From: a virus
Strand: one strand, 5' to 3'
IMG/VR virus record: IMGVR_UViG_3300030685_000353
Location: 9,506 to 73,505 of that record
Length of the DNA stretch: 64,000 nt
Shown here piece after piece: positions 49,560 to 60,474 of this stretch. How positions within the stretch are numbered: the stretch's first letter is position 1; each line of letters opens with the position of its first letter. The position numbers and the translations under genes were made by a program. Below the pieces are notes generated by a model that worked only from the letters and a program-made list of their open reading frames with translations, made no database searches and was not told the DNA's origin.

Positions 49560-51503
49560 TTAAAACAAACTATGGCTAGCTGATTTATCCGGGTTTTGCG
49601 TTCCGGTATTTTCGTCTATTGGAGGCAGTTCACTGAATAGTTCTGTATATGTCATAATCTTGACTCCTCTTAGAGTGGCTTGTGACATTTTACCAGAGCT
49701 TGAAGAGTGTGAATCAGTTAAGAGGATTTTTGCCTCTTTAAGTCCACAGTGATAATATCCATGCTTACCGAGGAACTTTTCGAGGTCACCTTTCGTTTTG
49801 AAACCAGAAGATGATGGAGAACCGGTCATTTCATATCCGATACCACCTTGGACATCTATTTCATTTTCGATTGTAATACCACGATCTTCGAGTAGCTTTT
49901 TAAAGTTGTAGACTTTTACCCATTTAGGATCATTTATTTCAAATCCATCTACCGCTTTCTTTTCGAGGCCGCTGAATGAGAATGTCTGACCAGCTATTTT
50001 TCTAGCTAACTGTTTGGATGCAGTATGTCCGATGCCGTCGAAGCCAAGAGCTAGTATGACTCTAAAGAAAGGTATTATGGTTACCTTATCAATTTCTTCA
50101 AGCAATGCATCCAGGGTTCTTCCTTCCTTGAATTCGCCGGTTTCAATTAGCTTTTCCTTATTGAACTTTTCTTTGTCGAATAAGTCCACTATGGATGTAT
50201 ATCCGGCTTTATAGAGGGTTCGTGCTGTTTCAGTACCAAAATATGCGAGTTTAATAGTTCCAATTCCACCTCTGAAGCGTCTGAACATTTTTCCTTCGCA
50301 TTCCTCGTTTGGACACATTAGGTGAATCGTATCGACTACAGTAGGAGTGCCACATACCGGACATGTTAGCGGGTAGTGAAATAACTTTTCATTACCGGGC
50401 TTATTGACCTTTGCGATAATCGGAATAATATCTCCCGATTTAACAATGGTTACTTCGGCACCCGGATAAAGCTTTTCACGGATAATATAGCCAAGGTTAA
50501 AACCTGCTGTGTTCTGAATCGTTGTCCCGTCAAGGTCGATTGGGTTTAAGCGGATGATTGGCGTAATTTCTCCTGTGGTTCCTACTGTGAATCGATAGTC
50601 TTTTACCGTGGTTCGTGCTTCCTGAGGTGGAAACTTGATTGCGATGGCCCAATTTGGGTGGTGACCTGTATCCCCCATTTCTTTCCTCATATGTTCCGGT
50701 GCTTTAACAACGAAACCATCTAGCTGATATAGCGAATCATTTTCACGATGGGCTTTCATTTCCCAATACACTTTTTCAAATTCTATAGCTTTGAACTTGA
50801 TAGTGAAGGGTACAGGTAGATTTTGAGATGTTAACCAGGTCTGTGTATCTTTTGGGAAATCGTAATCACCGTCATGAAGCCGAACTTCTACCGGTAAAAA
50901 TTCTATATCCTTTGTACTTTCTGTAATCTGGTCTGTGTTTAACATACCAGCTACAAAATTTCTGGAATTTTTAATTTCGGGCTGTATTGCCTTATATTTA
51001 AGGTAATTGGCAATTGAAAGGATAGCTTCGCATCGTATTTCTACGTCTCCGGTAATTCCTTTCAGAGTCTTGGGAACTTTATTGATGAATTTTGGGGTCA
51101 AATCTTTACCATATTCTTTATCTCCTCTTGAAAGAGTTTGAAGGTATCTACCTGTTTTGTAGATATGGTTAATTGCATTACCATCGAACTTAGGTGAACC
51201 TTCGAATTCAGTATCAACTGGAAACTGAGTGAACCATTTTTTCATTTGTTCTAGTGGTGGTACTCCAGCTAATGTAGCTTGGTGTTTTGCTAGGCTACAC
51301 ATCATACTTAAATGAGGGTATTTCTGTGTCCTATCAGAGGTAGTACCTACAATTTCAACTACTTCAGAACCCATTTCTCTTAGGGTTTCCTCTAATTCAT
51401 CAAATTCTGCATCTGACATGATTTCTTCTCCAGCATAATATGCTTCTTTTGCTTGGAGATATAATGCTTCCAATTGAATTTGTTCCTTTGTCTTTTTTGC
51501 CAT
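49560..51503 (-). CDS. ligA: NAD+-dependent DNA ligase
   Basis: YY...MSDAEFD, KFDG, SRGD, DGFVVK, WAIAIKFP, KSGDIIP, Zn finger CPVC..CPN..C, HhH and BRCT-like end. Confidence 0.95.
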   Translation of the reverse strand: MAKKTKEQIQLEALYLQAKEAYYAGEEIMSDAEFDELEETLREMGSEVVEIVGTTSDRTQKYPHLSMMCSLAKHQATLAGVPPLEQMKKWFTQFPVDTEFEGSPKFDGNAINHIYKTGRYLQTLSRGDKEYGKDLTPKFINKVPKTLKGITGDVEIRCEAILSIANYLKYKAIQPEIKNSRNFVAGMLNTDQITESTKDIEFLPVEVRLHDGDYDFPKDTQTWLTSQNLPVPFTIKFKAIEFEKVYWEMKAHRENDSLYQLDGFVVKAPEHMRKEMGDTGHHPNWAIAIKFPPQEARTTVKDYRFTVGTTGEITPIIRLNPIDLDGTTIQNTAGFNLGYIIREKLYPGAEVTIVKSGDIIPIIAKVNKPGNEKLFHYPLTCPVCGTPTVVDTIHLMCPNEECEGKMFRRFRGGIGTIKLAYFGTETARTLYKAGYTSIVDLFDKEKFNKEKLIETGEFKEGRTLDALLEEIDKVTIIPFFRVILALGFDGIGHTASKQLARKIAGQTFSFSGLEKKAVDGFEINDPKWVKVYNFKKLLEDRGITIENEIDVQGGIGYEMTGSPSSSGFKTKGDLEKFLGKHGYYHCGLKEAKILLTDSHSSSSGKMSQATLRGVKIMTYTELFSELPPIDENTGTQNPDKSASHSLF

Positions 51504-52172
51504 ATTGATTGTTTTAATTACAATACAAATATAACACATTTCTCTTCAATGCCAAAATGCTATCAAATTTTTTTGATAGCATATTTAAAGCTCTTTGCTC
51601 AGTTGCATTGTAGAAGAATATGAAGTATCTGTCTATACAGAATATGTTCTGCATTCTGGAAACATGATCTAACCATAATTCTTGACGGGTAAATCTTGTC
51701 TTATAACTTACGCTTAATTGTTCTTCAAATATGTCGTAACTTGAATGATCAAGATCAGCGTATTCAGTAGGTGTCAATTCTACATAATTAGCATACTTGA
51801 ATATTGTACGTATACGTGATATACGATCGTCGATTCTGGATATCCTTAGAATTCTCATCGTAGTGTCCCCTGCAATCTGTTTATTTCATAGCGTAGTTCT
51901 TTAGCTTCGTCTGAAATGAAACTTTTTAAGTTGGCGTATCGAGCTTCTAATGCTTCAATTTGTATACTCGCTGCGATCTGAGTATTTCGTTTTTTCGTGC
52001 CATATGCTGGTTCGCAGTAGTTCGGGTCCTCTTTATTGTCTTTTCTAACTGAAAGGGGGCGTAAACCAGAGAAGTCATAGTCATCTTTTTTCATAACCTT
52101 TATGGAACGTGTTAGTTTAAATTTGGTTCCAATACAAAGGTAAACAAAAGAAGTTGTGTTAGAAAACGCAGC

Positions 52173-52889
52173 CTACTTTTTTTCGATATTTTGTTCCACA
52201 AATTCAGCAACCTTATCGAGATCGGCCTCTAGCATTTTCAACTCGTATACCTTTCCTTCGTCACCTGCATCTTTGCGTAATTGATCTCTTTCAAGTTCCG
52301 CTTTCTTTCTCTCTTTCAGATCAGTAGCATCTTTGATTCGCCATTCATTTAATGTAAGCAATGCTCTGTAACTTGGCCAAATGTCCACAACTTCAGCTTC
52401 AGGGTTAAATATGAGGTCTGGATCGTATGAGATATACTGTATACGAGCAATGTCTTTGCAGTGGTTATCTCTAAGTGCTCCTGTTTCAATTTCCCATTTA
52501 CGAGCAATGATACGTTCTGCGATAGTGTATGAATCCCTGGTTGCATTTGTTTTAACAATGACTTTTAAACCTCTACCAGATGGTGTAATATAGGCAGCGT
52601 ATACGAATGGTAAAGTTCTAGCTATGTCTTTCACTTCCTCTACATTGTCAATATTATCCACATCCAAGCAGATGACTCCATTGTAAACATCAAGGCCGGC
52701 AATTGATCTATGGGAAAAGGTGCCTGTAGGTGTAAAGCATGGCAGATAGTCTTTCGCCTTCAGGTCAGTATGGCATTTTTCAATACGTTTTTGCCATTCA
52801 GTGCTTTTAATTCGTTCTAAGACATCAGCTATGGTACATTGAAGTACCGGAGCTGTGCTTACTCTATTTTTAAATGTAGTAGTGTTCAT
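52173..52889 (-). CDS. BT4734/BF3469 (VirE N-terminal) domain protein
   Basis: KDYLPCFTPTGTF..R, YNGVICLDVD, TPSGRGLKVIV, DNHCKDIARIQYISYDP. Confidence 0.85.
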   Translation of the reverse strand: MNTTTFKNRVSTAPVLQCTIADVLERIKSTEWQKRIEKCHTDLKAKDYLPCFTPTGTFSHRSIAGLDVYNGVICLDVDNIDNVEEVKDIARTLPFVYAAYITPSGRGLKVIVKTNATRDSYTIAERIIARKWEIETGALRDNHCKDIARIQYISYDPDLIFNPEAEVVDIWPSYRALLTLNEWRIKDATDLKERKKAELERDQLRKDAGDEGKVYELKMLEADLDKVAEFVEQNIEKK

Positions 52890-53251
52890 TAGATATTTTC
52901 AAGGATTTCACGTACCGTTTTGATAAAGAATTCGGAGCATTTTGGGGATTGTAAAGCTGTTTCAATATCTGAATCAGATGCCTGTTGAAAGTATTCGTGG
53001 TATGATTTAACAATAGATACCGCTCCTATTTCATGTGCATCATATTCGATAGTACCACATGAGGTAGTTATTTTTGGTTCGCCGTAGAAATATGTAGCAG
53101 CTCCAAAATGTGAATCAATAGGAATCACGAGCATTAAATTCCGGTCTTCAAAAAGTGAATATGGTTCATCACATACTACTAATACTGGTCTACCACAACC
53201 CTTATACATCGGGCGAATGGGTGTTTTTGGTGTTGTTTGTTGTTCTGACAT
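52889..53251 (-). CDS. Early hypothetical protein
   Basis: Downstream of promoter copy 53266. Confidence 0.55.
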   Translation of the reverse strand: MSEQQTTPKTPIRPMYKGCGRPVLVVCDEPYSLFEDRNLMLVIPIDSHFGAATYFYGEPKITTSCGTIEYDAHEIGAVSIVKSYHEYFQQASDSDIETALQSPKCSEFFIKTVREILENI

Positions 53252-53295
53252 AAGATGTTTATTATTTGATTACAATACAAATTTAATCAATTTTC

Positions 53296-53931
53296 TTATA
53301 TGTCCAAAACGCTATCGAATTTTAATTTATTACAGTCAGATAGCGTAGCCCAGAATCGAAGAGCTTTCTGCTTCTTCATCTTTTCAGGCTTCATGCTATC
53401 AGCTCGCTTCGTAATTTCTTTGAATCCCTTGGCATAAAAAGTGATGCTTGAATAGTCACCTTTTCCTTTGCGAATGTAGATTCGATCCACAGATAAGACA
53501 GTTCCAGCTGGTAGCGTTACGATAAGCTTCGAACTTGTCTTCAAAATGTTATAGATATTATGTCGATAGACGATGTTATCTGCATTCCATTTTACATACT
53601 CTGGGTTGTTCAGTCTTGCTTCTTCACAGGCTTGGTTGTATGCTAACGTATCCACATATGATCGGAAATTGGCCGTCTTCTTGAACCTTGGATCATCAGT
53701 ACGAGGGTACTCAATCATGTAATCAACCGGCCTCATGATCGGTACTTCATTGGATATCCAGCCATTTAGAACTTCTTGTTTGTCGGGATATGAGATGAAA
53801 CCTCTTTCAAGACGGTAGCCCATAGCTACGCCTAAGTCTTCATTTCTGTATTCGTCGTGTAATTCAAATGACCAATCTTCTGCGAGTTTGAATGAATCAC
53901 CTATTTCGGGTACGTATAATTGTTGCATCAT
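53296..53931 (-). CDS. Phage hypothetical protein
   Basis: LYVPEIGD...W.F.L..EYRN...LPAGTVLSVDRIYIRKG...YSSITF...RFW. Confidence 0.7.
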   Translation of the reverse strand: MMQQLYVPEIGDSFKLAEDWSFELHDEYRNEDLGVAMGYRLERGFISYPDKQEVLNGWISNEVPIMRPVDYMIEYPRTDDPRFKKTANFRSYVDTLAYNQACEEARLNNPEYVKWNADNIVYRHNIYNILKTSSKLIVTLPAGTVLSVDRIYIRKGKGDYSSITFYAKGFKEITKRADSMKPEKMKKQKALRFWATLSDCNKLKFDSVLDI

Positions 53932-54021
53932 GGGTAAAAAATTAAAAGCGTTATGACAAAAGATAATAGTAATGCTAGTACTATTCCCAATGCCTTTTTG
54001 AAATTCTGTTTGTCTTTGGTA

Positions 54022-54663
54022 CTAATATCCATAATTCTTTGTTTCTTTTCGGCATTTAAGTTGCCAGTGGACGTTATTAGCGACTCTGTTTCCGTCTTCT
54101 AGTTTTGCATTTGGTCGTTTAAGTACCCAACCTTCATACATTTCTATTGTGACTATGTTTTCCCATAATATTTTAAAGTTATCAGGGAATGTCTCTACAA
54201 CGAAACAGTTAGCAGATATACGTCTAATATATGGATCATAAGATGTGGTATCATACATGTTGGCTAAAAGATTTAGTCGTGTATCTAAATCCATTCCTAC
54301 AAGTTGTAAGCCATTGAATACGAGTATATCCCATATAACGAATTTACCGTTAAATAGGTTATTATTAATATCACGTTGTGATTTATTCATGTATTCGCCT
54401 GTTAGAACCATCCAGCCTTCTCCTCTATGTAGCCGTGCTAACTCTTCTTTATCTATGAGAAGCTTATTTTTGAACTGCTCCTTATGTCTATTGTAAAAGA
54501 AGACTTGTTTGCCGTTCGTGAATAGTACTGAACAAGAGCCGTTTAACTTGGCTTGACCTACCATACCCATTTCCTCGAACCGATCAAGGGTCTCTGGTGG
54601 AGTCTTGGATTCGGGTCGAGGAGGAAACAAGTATCTGAAAGTGTCGTAGATGTACTTTTTCAC
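54022..54663 (-). CDS. Minimal ATP-dependent ligase-like nucleotidyltransferase
   Basis: Motif I QAKLNGS, NRH, GEYM, WDIL, EGWVLK, WQLKCR; probable GTG start at 54663. Confidence 0.75.
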   Translation of the reverse strand: MKKYIYDTFRYLFPPRPESKTPPETLDRFEEMGMVGQAKLNGSCSVLFTNGKQVFFYNRHKEQFKNKLLIDKEELARLHRGEGWMVLTGEYMNKSQRDINNNLFNGKFVIWDILVFNGLQLVGMDLDTRLNLLANMYDTTSYDPYIRRISANCFVVETFPDNFKILWENIVTIEMYEGWVLKRPNAKLEDGNRVANNVHWQLKCRKETKNYGY

Positions 54664-55350
54664 GAGTGTTTTCTTATGAAGTCTAACATAGAAGTACCAT
54701 TTTTGAAACAATCGCAGCCTCTGTTTACTTTAAAGTCTTTGGCTGTATCTGGAGCGGATGAACCATTTAGTTCATATACAGGGCATGAGTTGTTACAAGA
54801 TGAATGTTCTCTGTCACATATTTCGTATAACTCAGTTGCAATATCCTTATCGGATATGAAGACCTTTGTGGCCACTTTAATAATCAGGCTCATTATTTTA
54901 TTTCGTAATTGTAAGTTGTACTGTATTCTCCACCGGTTTTTATGGTTACATTATTTCCAACGATTGAGAATGTGATAGCTTTTTGTTTACGTAAGTATTC
55001 GGCGATACTTGCTTTCTTTTGTTCAACTGAACAAGTTGAGTTAATAAAAGCTTTTACTTGTTTTCGGATGTCTCCTTTTGCAACTGTTTGTTTTGTACCA
55101 ATACCATTTGCGTTTAAATCGATTCTACCTGTAGACATAATTTCTGAGTTTTTAAGTGTTATTTTTAATTACAATACAAATATAATACAATTCTATCATC
55201 TACCAAAACGCTTCCTAATTTCTTGTTCTGCTATGATTACGTAATTGTCTACAGCCGCTGACCAGATAGTATATGCGATTTCTCTTGATATATTTTGTGG
55301 TTCGTATAGACATTTGTTCAATGACCACCAAGTTTGAAAGTTCATGTTGT

Positions 55351-55809
55351 TTATTTTTTAAATCTATTAATTTCTACCGAGGTTTGCCATGGGTAGTTCT
55401 CAAGCTTGTCTTTTATCTTTTCATTGAAATCAATTCCTTCTTCGAGGAACTTTTCCACTAGAGCTTTGTATCGTTCCACTAAGGCTGGTATTTCTTTAAC
55501 ATACCATGCACAAAGGCATGTTTCCAAGTAACATTCATTTCCCTTTTGAATATGTAAATGTACACAGTACCGTTGTCCATCTGTTTTGAAATAGCTAGCA
55601 TTGCTTCCAGTCGTGATGAAATAATTGATATCGTCTTGATTATTGTCTGTTGAAGTGGCAATGTATGACTCAATCATGTTATCCCATAGATGTACTTTAT
55701 CCATTGCATCGGCTACATATCCATTAAATTCGAAGTGGCCATTGCTAACATAAGTGAATTTAGGGCCTAAAAGTTTAGAGAACTTTCCTTTTGTCTGTAT
55801 CTTTTCCAT
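55351..55809 (-). CDS. Hypothetical protein
   Basis: 152-aa ORF. Confidence 0.55.
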   Translation of the reverse strand: MEKIQTKGKFSKLLGPKFTYVSNGHFEFNGYVADAMDKVHLWDNMIESYIATSTDNNQDDINYFITTGSNASYFKTDGQRYCVHLHIQKGNECYLETCLCAWYVKEIPALVERYKALVEKFLEEGIDFNEKIKDKLENYPWQTSVEINRFKK

Positions 55810-56389
55810 TACGATTTTCCCTTTTTAAATGCTTTGAGGCGGTTTGCGATGTAGGTATCAGCTTTATCGTGATTAACAAATCGATGAATATGCGTAACCC
55901 CAATGATCTTTCTGAGTTGAGTGTTGGTATACTTCCAGTTTGCGTTAACCATAGGAAGTTTAGTGAAAGTACCATCATAGAGGTATACTGCTACAATGTC
56001 TGCATTTGGGCCAAGTTCTGTTATTCCCATGATTAAAGATTTAAAAAAGTTCGTATTTCTGAATAGAGTGTGTCACCGTCGATGTACATGAATTCACCTG
56101 ATCTGTAATTTGTACCGATTCCGTGTTTCAATAAGATTGTTCCACCTTGGATATCATCTCCACTTATAAATGAGAATACAGAAACCGGCTCCAGATTAGC
56201 CATTATAAAAGCGCCGTACTGAGAGAATGTGTATCGTGAAAAATCTTTCTTGATGAGGTCTACTATTTCACCATCATATAGATCGAGCGTTGTTTTGTGA
56301 AGGAACTCTTCTAGAGTTAATTCTTGTGTAAAGGAAGGAGTATTCATTGTATTGTTTATTTTAATTACAATACAAATTTAATCAATTTT

Positions 56390-57010
56390 CTATAAGTGGG
56401 GAAAAGCCTTATATCTTTTTTTGAGTTCTAATTTTTCTGTCTGTTTAATATCGACGATCTGTTCAGAGGTGAAAGCTTGAAATTTATTCTTTTTATTTAC
56501 ACAACCCCAGCTATCAGGAAATTTGTATTCTACGAGCCATTCAGTATCTTCTTCTTTGAACGTGAAACCAAGCTTGATTTTAGACTTCATATAGTCTCGG
56601 TAATCTCGATTCGCTTTTTCTACATTGCATTTTTTACATGCTGGTAGCCAATTATCTGTATCGTTCGGATCACATCCTTCTGACACAGGTATTTTGTGAT
56701 CAATAGTGGCTAGAAGTGGATTCTTATTGTTAACGTATGCTAACTTGATATCTCTTTCTCCTGCTTCTAGAGGGCCTTTATTGCAGTAGTGACAGCGTAA
56801 TTTACCCTTTTTGAATTTTCCAAGCCACCAATGGCGAAGATCAAGATATAGGTCGAGTTTTTTCATGTTATCTGTATGGTCGGTGTCTTGTTCGAAATAA
56901 AAGTTATTGAGAAGCACAAGCGAAGCTTGACTTTGAATATGCGGCGTGTCCGGGTAGATGGAATGTATGACACGAAACGCCTTCGACTTGTACTTCTCAA
57001 TGATTATCAC
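56390..57010 (-). CDS. HNH endonuclease
   Basis: CHYC...TIDHKIP..EG....NWLPACKKCNVEK. Confidence 0.88.
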   Translation of the reverse strand: MIIIEKYKSKAFRVIHSIYPDTPHIQSQASLVLLNNFYFEQDTDHTDNMKKLDLYLDLRHWWLGKFKKGKLRCHYCNKGPLEAGERDIKLAYVNNKNPLLATIDHKIPVSEGCDPNDTDNWLPACKKCNVEKANRDYRDYMKSKIKLGFTFKEEDTEWLVEYKFPDSWGCVNKKNKFQAFTSEQIVDIKQTEKLELKKRYKAFPHL

Positions 57011-57134
57011 TTCCTAACTTTCTTTTTGGGTGATTGGAACTTCCAAGGCCGTTCATGTCCTTTTCGTTTCTCTATAAATAGAGGAGCCATATATCCAGGC
57101 TCTCTTACTATATAATTCCATTCTCTTGCGTATA

Positions 57135-57452
57135 TCATGGCAGTTTTTCTAGAAGTCCTTTAGCTTCTACGAGTTCAGTTAATGCATCTGTTAAACCTTG
57201 TTCTAATGCGGCATCATATGTTTTCACCATGCCTACATATCTATTACCCATAAGGGTGGTGCCGTCTTCCTCTAAATGTTCCACTACTGGAAAGTATGCC
57301 GTTAAAGAGGAGCATCCTACCCGTATATTGATGTCGTATGTTTCACGAAACCAATCTGATACTTCTGAAAGTGTAGGCGTATCTTTCAGATACTTATGCT
57401 TGAAACCTAAGGCTTCTGCGTTCTTGACAATTTCTGCGTTTGCGTTTATCAT
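57135..57452 (-). CDS. Hypothetical phage protein
   Basis: PTLSEVSDWFRE...TYDAALEQGL. Confidence 0.6.
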   Translation of the reverse strand: MINANAEIVKNAEALGFKHKYLKDTPTLSEVSDWFRETYDINIRVGCSSLTAYFPVVEHLEEDGTTLMGNRYVGMVKTYDAALEQGLTDALTELVEAKGLLEKLP

Positions 57453-57690
57453 TCTCCTATGTCCTCCTGTGTTTTCTTAGAACGTTTCAATATATCAATT
57501 AATGGATCAATTTGATCCTGTTCAATCCAAATCCGGTGCATTTCCTTGTCTTGCAACTGCTTGATGATTATCGTATCTGGAGCTTCCTTATAAGTCAGTA
57601 CGATAATTGAATGTCCTTTAGTAGTCGGGCTACCTTTTGTTAATATAACTTCTTGTTTCATATATTTTTAATTACTATACAAAAATAAAC

Positions 57691-57724
57691 AAAAGCCTCT
57701 ACATATAAAAACGTAGAGGCTTTT
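57691..57724 (-). terminator. Hairpin overlapping a promoter element
   Basis: AAAAGCCTCTAC-atataaaaac-GTAGAGGCTTTT covers the -33 part of promoter copy 57668. Confidence 0.6.
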
Positions 57725-57729
57725 GTTAG

Positions 57730-58401
57730 TTATTTTTTTACTTCAGGTTTGATAACGTCGTTCTTGACATTTTTGATTTGATAAACCGGACGGATTTCCT
57801 CGATCATACTTGTTACAGTGGCCTTTTTCTTTTTCTTGGCCAATTCTTTGATCAAAGAAGGGATGTCATTGATAGTGCCTTTTTTGATGGAATAAGAGGT
57901 AGTGGCAGCGATTAGAGCTTCTTTGTCCTCTTCTTCAATTTTTTTACAGTTCTCGATGAGGTTAGAGATTATTTCACCGTACTTTTCAATCAGCTTGGCA
58001 TCCATTGTATAGACAGTGGTTTCCTCAGTGATAGTTCCAACTCCGTACTTTTCAATAAGTTCAATGTAACGGTCTTCGTCCACTTTTAAGTAACGGTCAG
58101 TTGGGATAATCATCAGTGATGAATTTTCCTTGCCTACTGCTCCAGTGGCGATAACATTAAAAGAACCTGGGAATTTGTCGGTGGTGTTGTACAGTTTAAC
58201 GAATTCAGATATACTGCGTTCTTTAACCTCTCCAGTTAAAATTGTAGCTTCCGCTTCGAGTTCGTCTTTCTGACGATTTACCTCGGCTAGTCGATGCATA
58301 GTAGCATGGAATGCCTTGTCTTTGATAACTACTTCGGTCTTCTGCTTTGTTGGTTTAGCAGATGGTCCGGTTTCTTTTGCCTTTTTAAATAGATTTGCCA
58401 T
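57730..58401 (-). CDS. Early hypothetical protein
   Basis: Lys-rich 223 aa with its own promoter (58413) and terminator. Confidence 0.7.
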   Translation of the reverse strand: MANLFKKAKETGPSAKPTKQKTEVVIKDKAFHATMHRLAEVNRQKDELEAEATILTGEVKERSISEFVKLYNTTDKFPGSFNVIATGAVGKENSSLMIIPTDRYLKVDEDRYIELIEKYGVGTITEETTVYTMDAKLIEKYGEIISNLIENCKKIEEEDKEALIAATTSYSIKKGTINDIPSLIKELAKKKKKATVTSMIEEIRPVYQIKNVKNDVIKPEVKK

Positions 58402-58458
58402 ATTGTTATGTTTTAATTACAATACAAATATAATACAATTCTATTCAATGCCAAAACG

Positions 58459-58923
58459 CTAAAACCCAAATTTGCGTCCTACTATCAGGCCTCTCTTTAA
58501 GTGTCTTTCCTCTGGAGACTTGTAAATCTTATACCCTGCATTCTCTAAGTACCGAATCTCCTTTATAAATTCTGTAATTATATGTTTAAATCTCAGGTTC
58601 CAGTCATTTACTGTCATTAAATCAGTATCACGAACACGAAGTTTATTCGTCCGTACAGGATTTGATCTACGCTGTGTTACTTTGTAACACTTGCCGTCTT
58701 TGTTAAATGTGATAGAGTAGTTATGCATATTCTTACCAGCAGGAACTTCGATATGTGCTGGGTCAAATGATAACATGATCATGTTATTGCCATCAATTTT
58801 TACGTCACTTATTTTAATGCCGAGGTCTTCTATCTGTTTGAATCCTGCAAATTTTTTCACGTCAGATAGTGTATATCCAGCCTTCTGCTTCTCTTTCGCC
58901 TTTATGAATAAGTTAGAACCCAT
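58459..58923 (-). CDS. STxRQ-family-related protein with KFGF tag
   Basis: VKKFAGFKQIEDLG; ends HLKRGLIVGRKFGF; likely start MGSNLF. Confidence 0.7.
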   Translation of the reverse strand: MGSNLFIKAKEKQKAGYTLSDVKKFAGFKQIEDLGIKISDVKIDGNNMIMLSFDPAHIEVPAGKNMHNYSITFNKDGKCYKVTQRRSNPVRTNKLRVRDTDLMTVNDWNLRFKHIITEFIKEIRYLENAGYKIYKSPEERHLKRGLIVGRKFGF

Positions 58924-59704
58924 ATTTTTTTGACAATATAAGACCCCTATGTGCATGGCGATCTTCTTTAGACTTCCAAACTTTGAAATGTTTATTTTTT
59001 TCCCATGATGTGAGCTTCTTTGAACATATTCGTGTTATATGGTTAAATGCATTATTCCACCCTTCTTCAGTACGAGGATCGAAACTTCCATTTGGACAAG
59101 TTCCCCATTGCGCGGATCCACCTCTCCATGAATGACGATAAGTTACAGTTCGAATGTAACCCGATTCACCAAATAGTGAAATTCGTTCATTGTAAAAATC
59201 ATCAAGAGATGGTGAATCACTATTGTCTTCAGGGATCATTAAAAAGTCAAGTGGCCATCCGAAAGAAAGAGTCATATTCTTAATCTGTTTCGGAGTTGAA
59301 GCTAATACCCATCCTGTATCAATGAACTGTTTATATGCTGGAAGTGCTTTAACTTCTTCTAATGTCAAAATTTTATCTCCAGGACGAAAGCCTGTTTCTG
59401 CGACAGCTTTACCATGCTTATTTTGCGGTATGTATTCTCCGTCACATATAAAAATTTCTTTATCGTATCTTGTACCAGCTGGACTCCACCAAACCATATC
59501 GAGGTATGCGTAGACTCCATCTGTATATTTTTCTACCCTTTTCGTGTATCTAAATTCTAGGGGTTCACTAAAGGCTTCCTTTTCAAAAAACTCTATTAAA
59601 AGGTGTATCTTTTCGGCGATAGTCCCTTTTCCTAGTTTGATTTTCTGTATACCTTTATCGATATTGGCAGCTACTGCTTTGTTATAAACTCTTGGAGTAC
59701 TCAT
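58913..59704 (-). CDS. STxRQ-family protein with KYGF tag
   Basis: LPAYKQFIDTGWVLASTPKQIKNMT...SGYIR; ends HAHRGLILSKKYGF. Confidence 0.7.
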   Translation of the reverse strand: MSTPRVYNKAVAANIDKGIQKIKLGKGTIAEKIHLLIEFFEKEAFSEPLEFRYTKRVEKYTDGVYAYLDMVWWSPAGTRYDKEIFICDGEYIPQNKHGKAVAETGFRPGDKILTLEEVKALPAYKQFIDTGWVLASTPKQIKNMTLSFGWPLDFLMIPEDNSDSPSLDDFYNERISLFGESGYIRTVTYRHSWRGGSAQWGTCPNGSFDPRTEEGWNNAFNHITRICSKKLTSWEKNKHFKVWKSKEDRHAHRGLILSKKYGF

Positions 59705-60474
59705 GTTATGGTTCTGTTTTTGTATTGGCTAGCTTAGCGTTCTTTACTTCTATAATATTTAGATATTAATTGTATTCCTCGACGTCAATAGTTCTGTCTG
59801 CAATGTAATACCCAATTATTTTTTAGTTAAAAGTTCTCTGTTCTTGCCATTTTTACTGCCACTATAAAAGCTTCCTCTTGGCGAAATTGATCTTCCATGA
59901 ACCCGATGTTGCATTCTGCTTCTCTCGATTCATCTAAAATCTTACCATGATCTCTAACTTCTAGCATTTCTGATACTGACATGATCTCTGTGTCATATCC
60001 AAGTTCTTCTGTTTCGATGATTAAATTACCAATTTGTGACATAATGTATATATTTTTTGATTACAATACAAATATAATCAATTTCTAATAGCTGCCAAAA
60101 CGCGAAGAGGAAGTCTAAATTAATAGGCTTCCTCTAGTACTAATCGTTCAGGAATTTGTCCTGATCATTAACTATTTTGTGTCCACAATTGTTACAACAA
60201 TCGTCTGATTTTCTAATTGCAGAATTTTCTTCTTTGCAATGTGGACACTTCTGAAAGTAATACAGTTTATTCGAGTTCTTTTCCATGTTCGTATGCCACT
60301 AAAAATTCCATGCCAGGAGGTTTATCTCCTTCCACTTTAACCACGTACTTATATTTACCGGCAATGACTCCTACTACTGTAACTTTATGCCAAGAATCGT
60401 TATCTGATGAGATTAACATTTCCCGAGGAAATCCTAGCGTGGAAATTAAAATGTCCTCGGGCTGTTTTGTATTT

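Noticed and set aside
17830-51539. Apparent shared N-terminal peptide MYYICIVIK on several ORFs (17830, 39391, 39866, 40699, 43553, 49560)
   Set aside because: Artefact of ORF calling from TTG/ATG inside the promoter element; real ATGs lie just downstream
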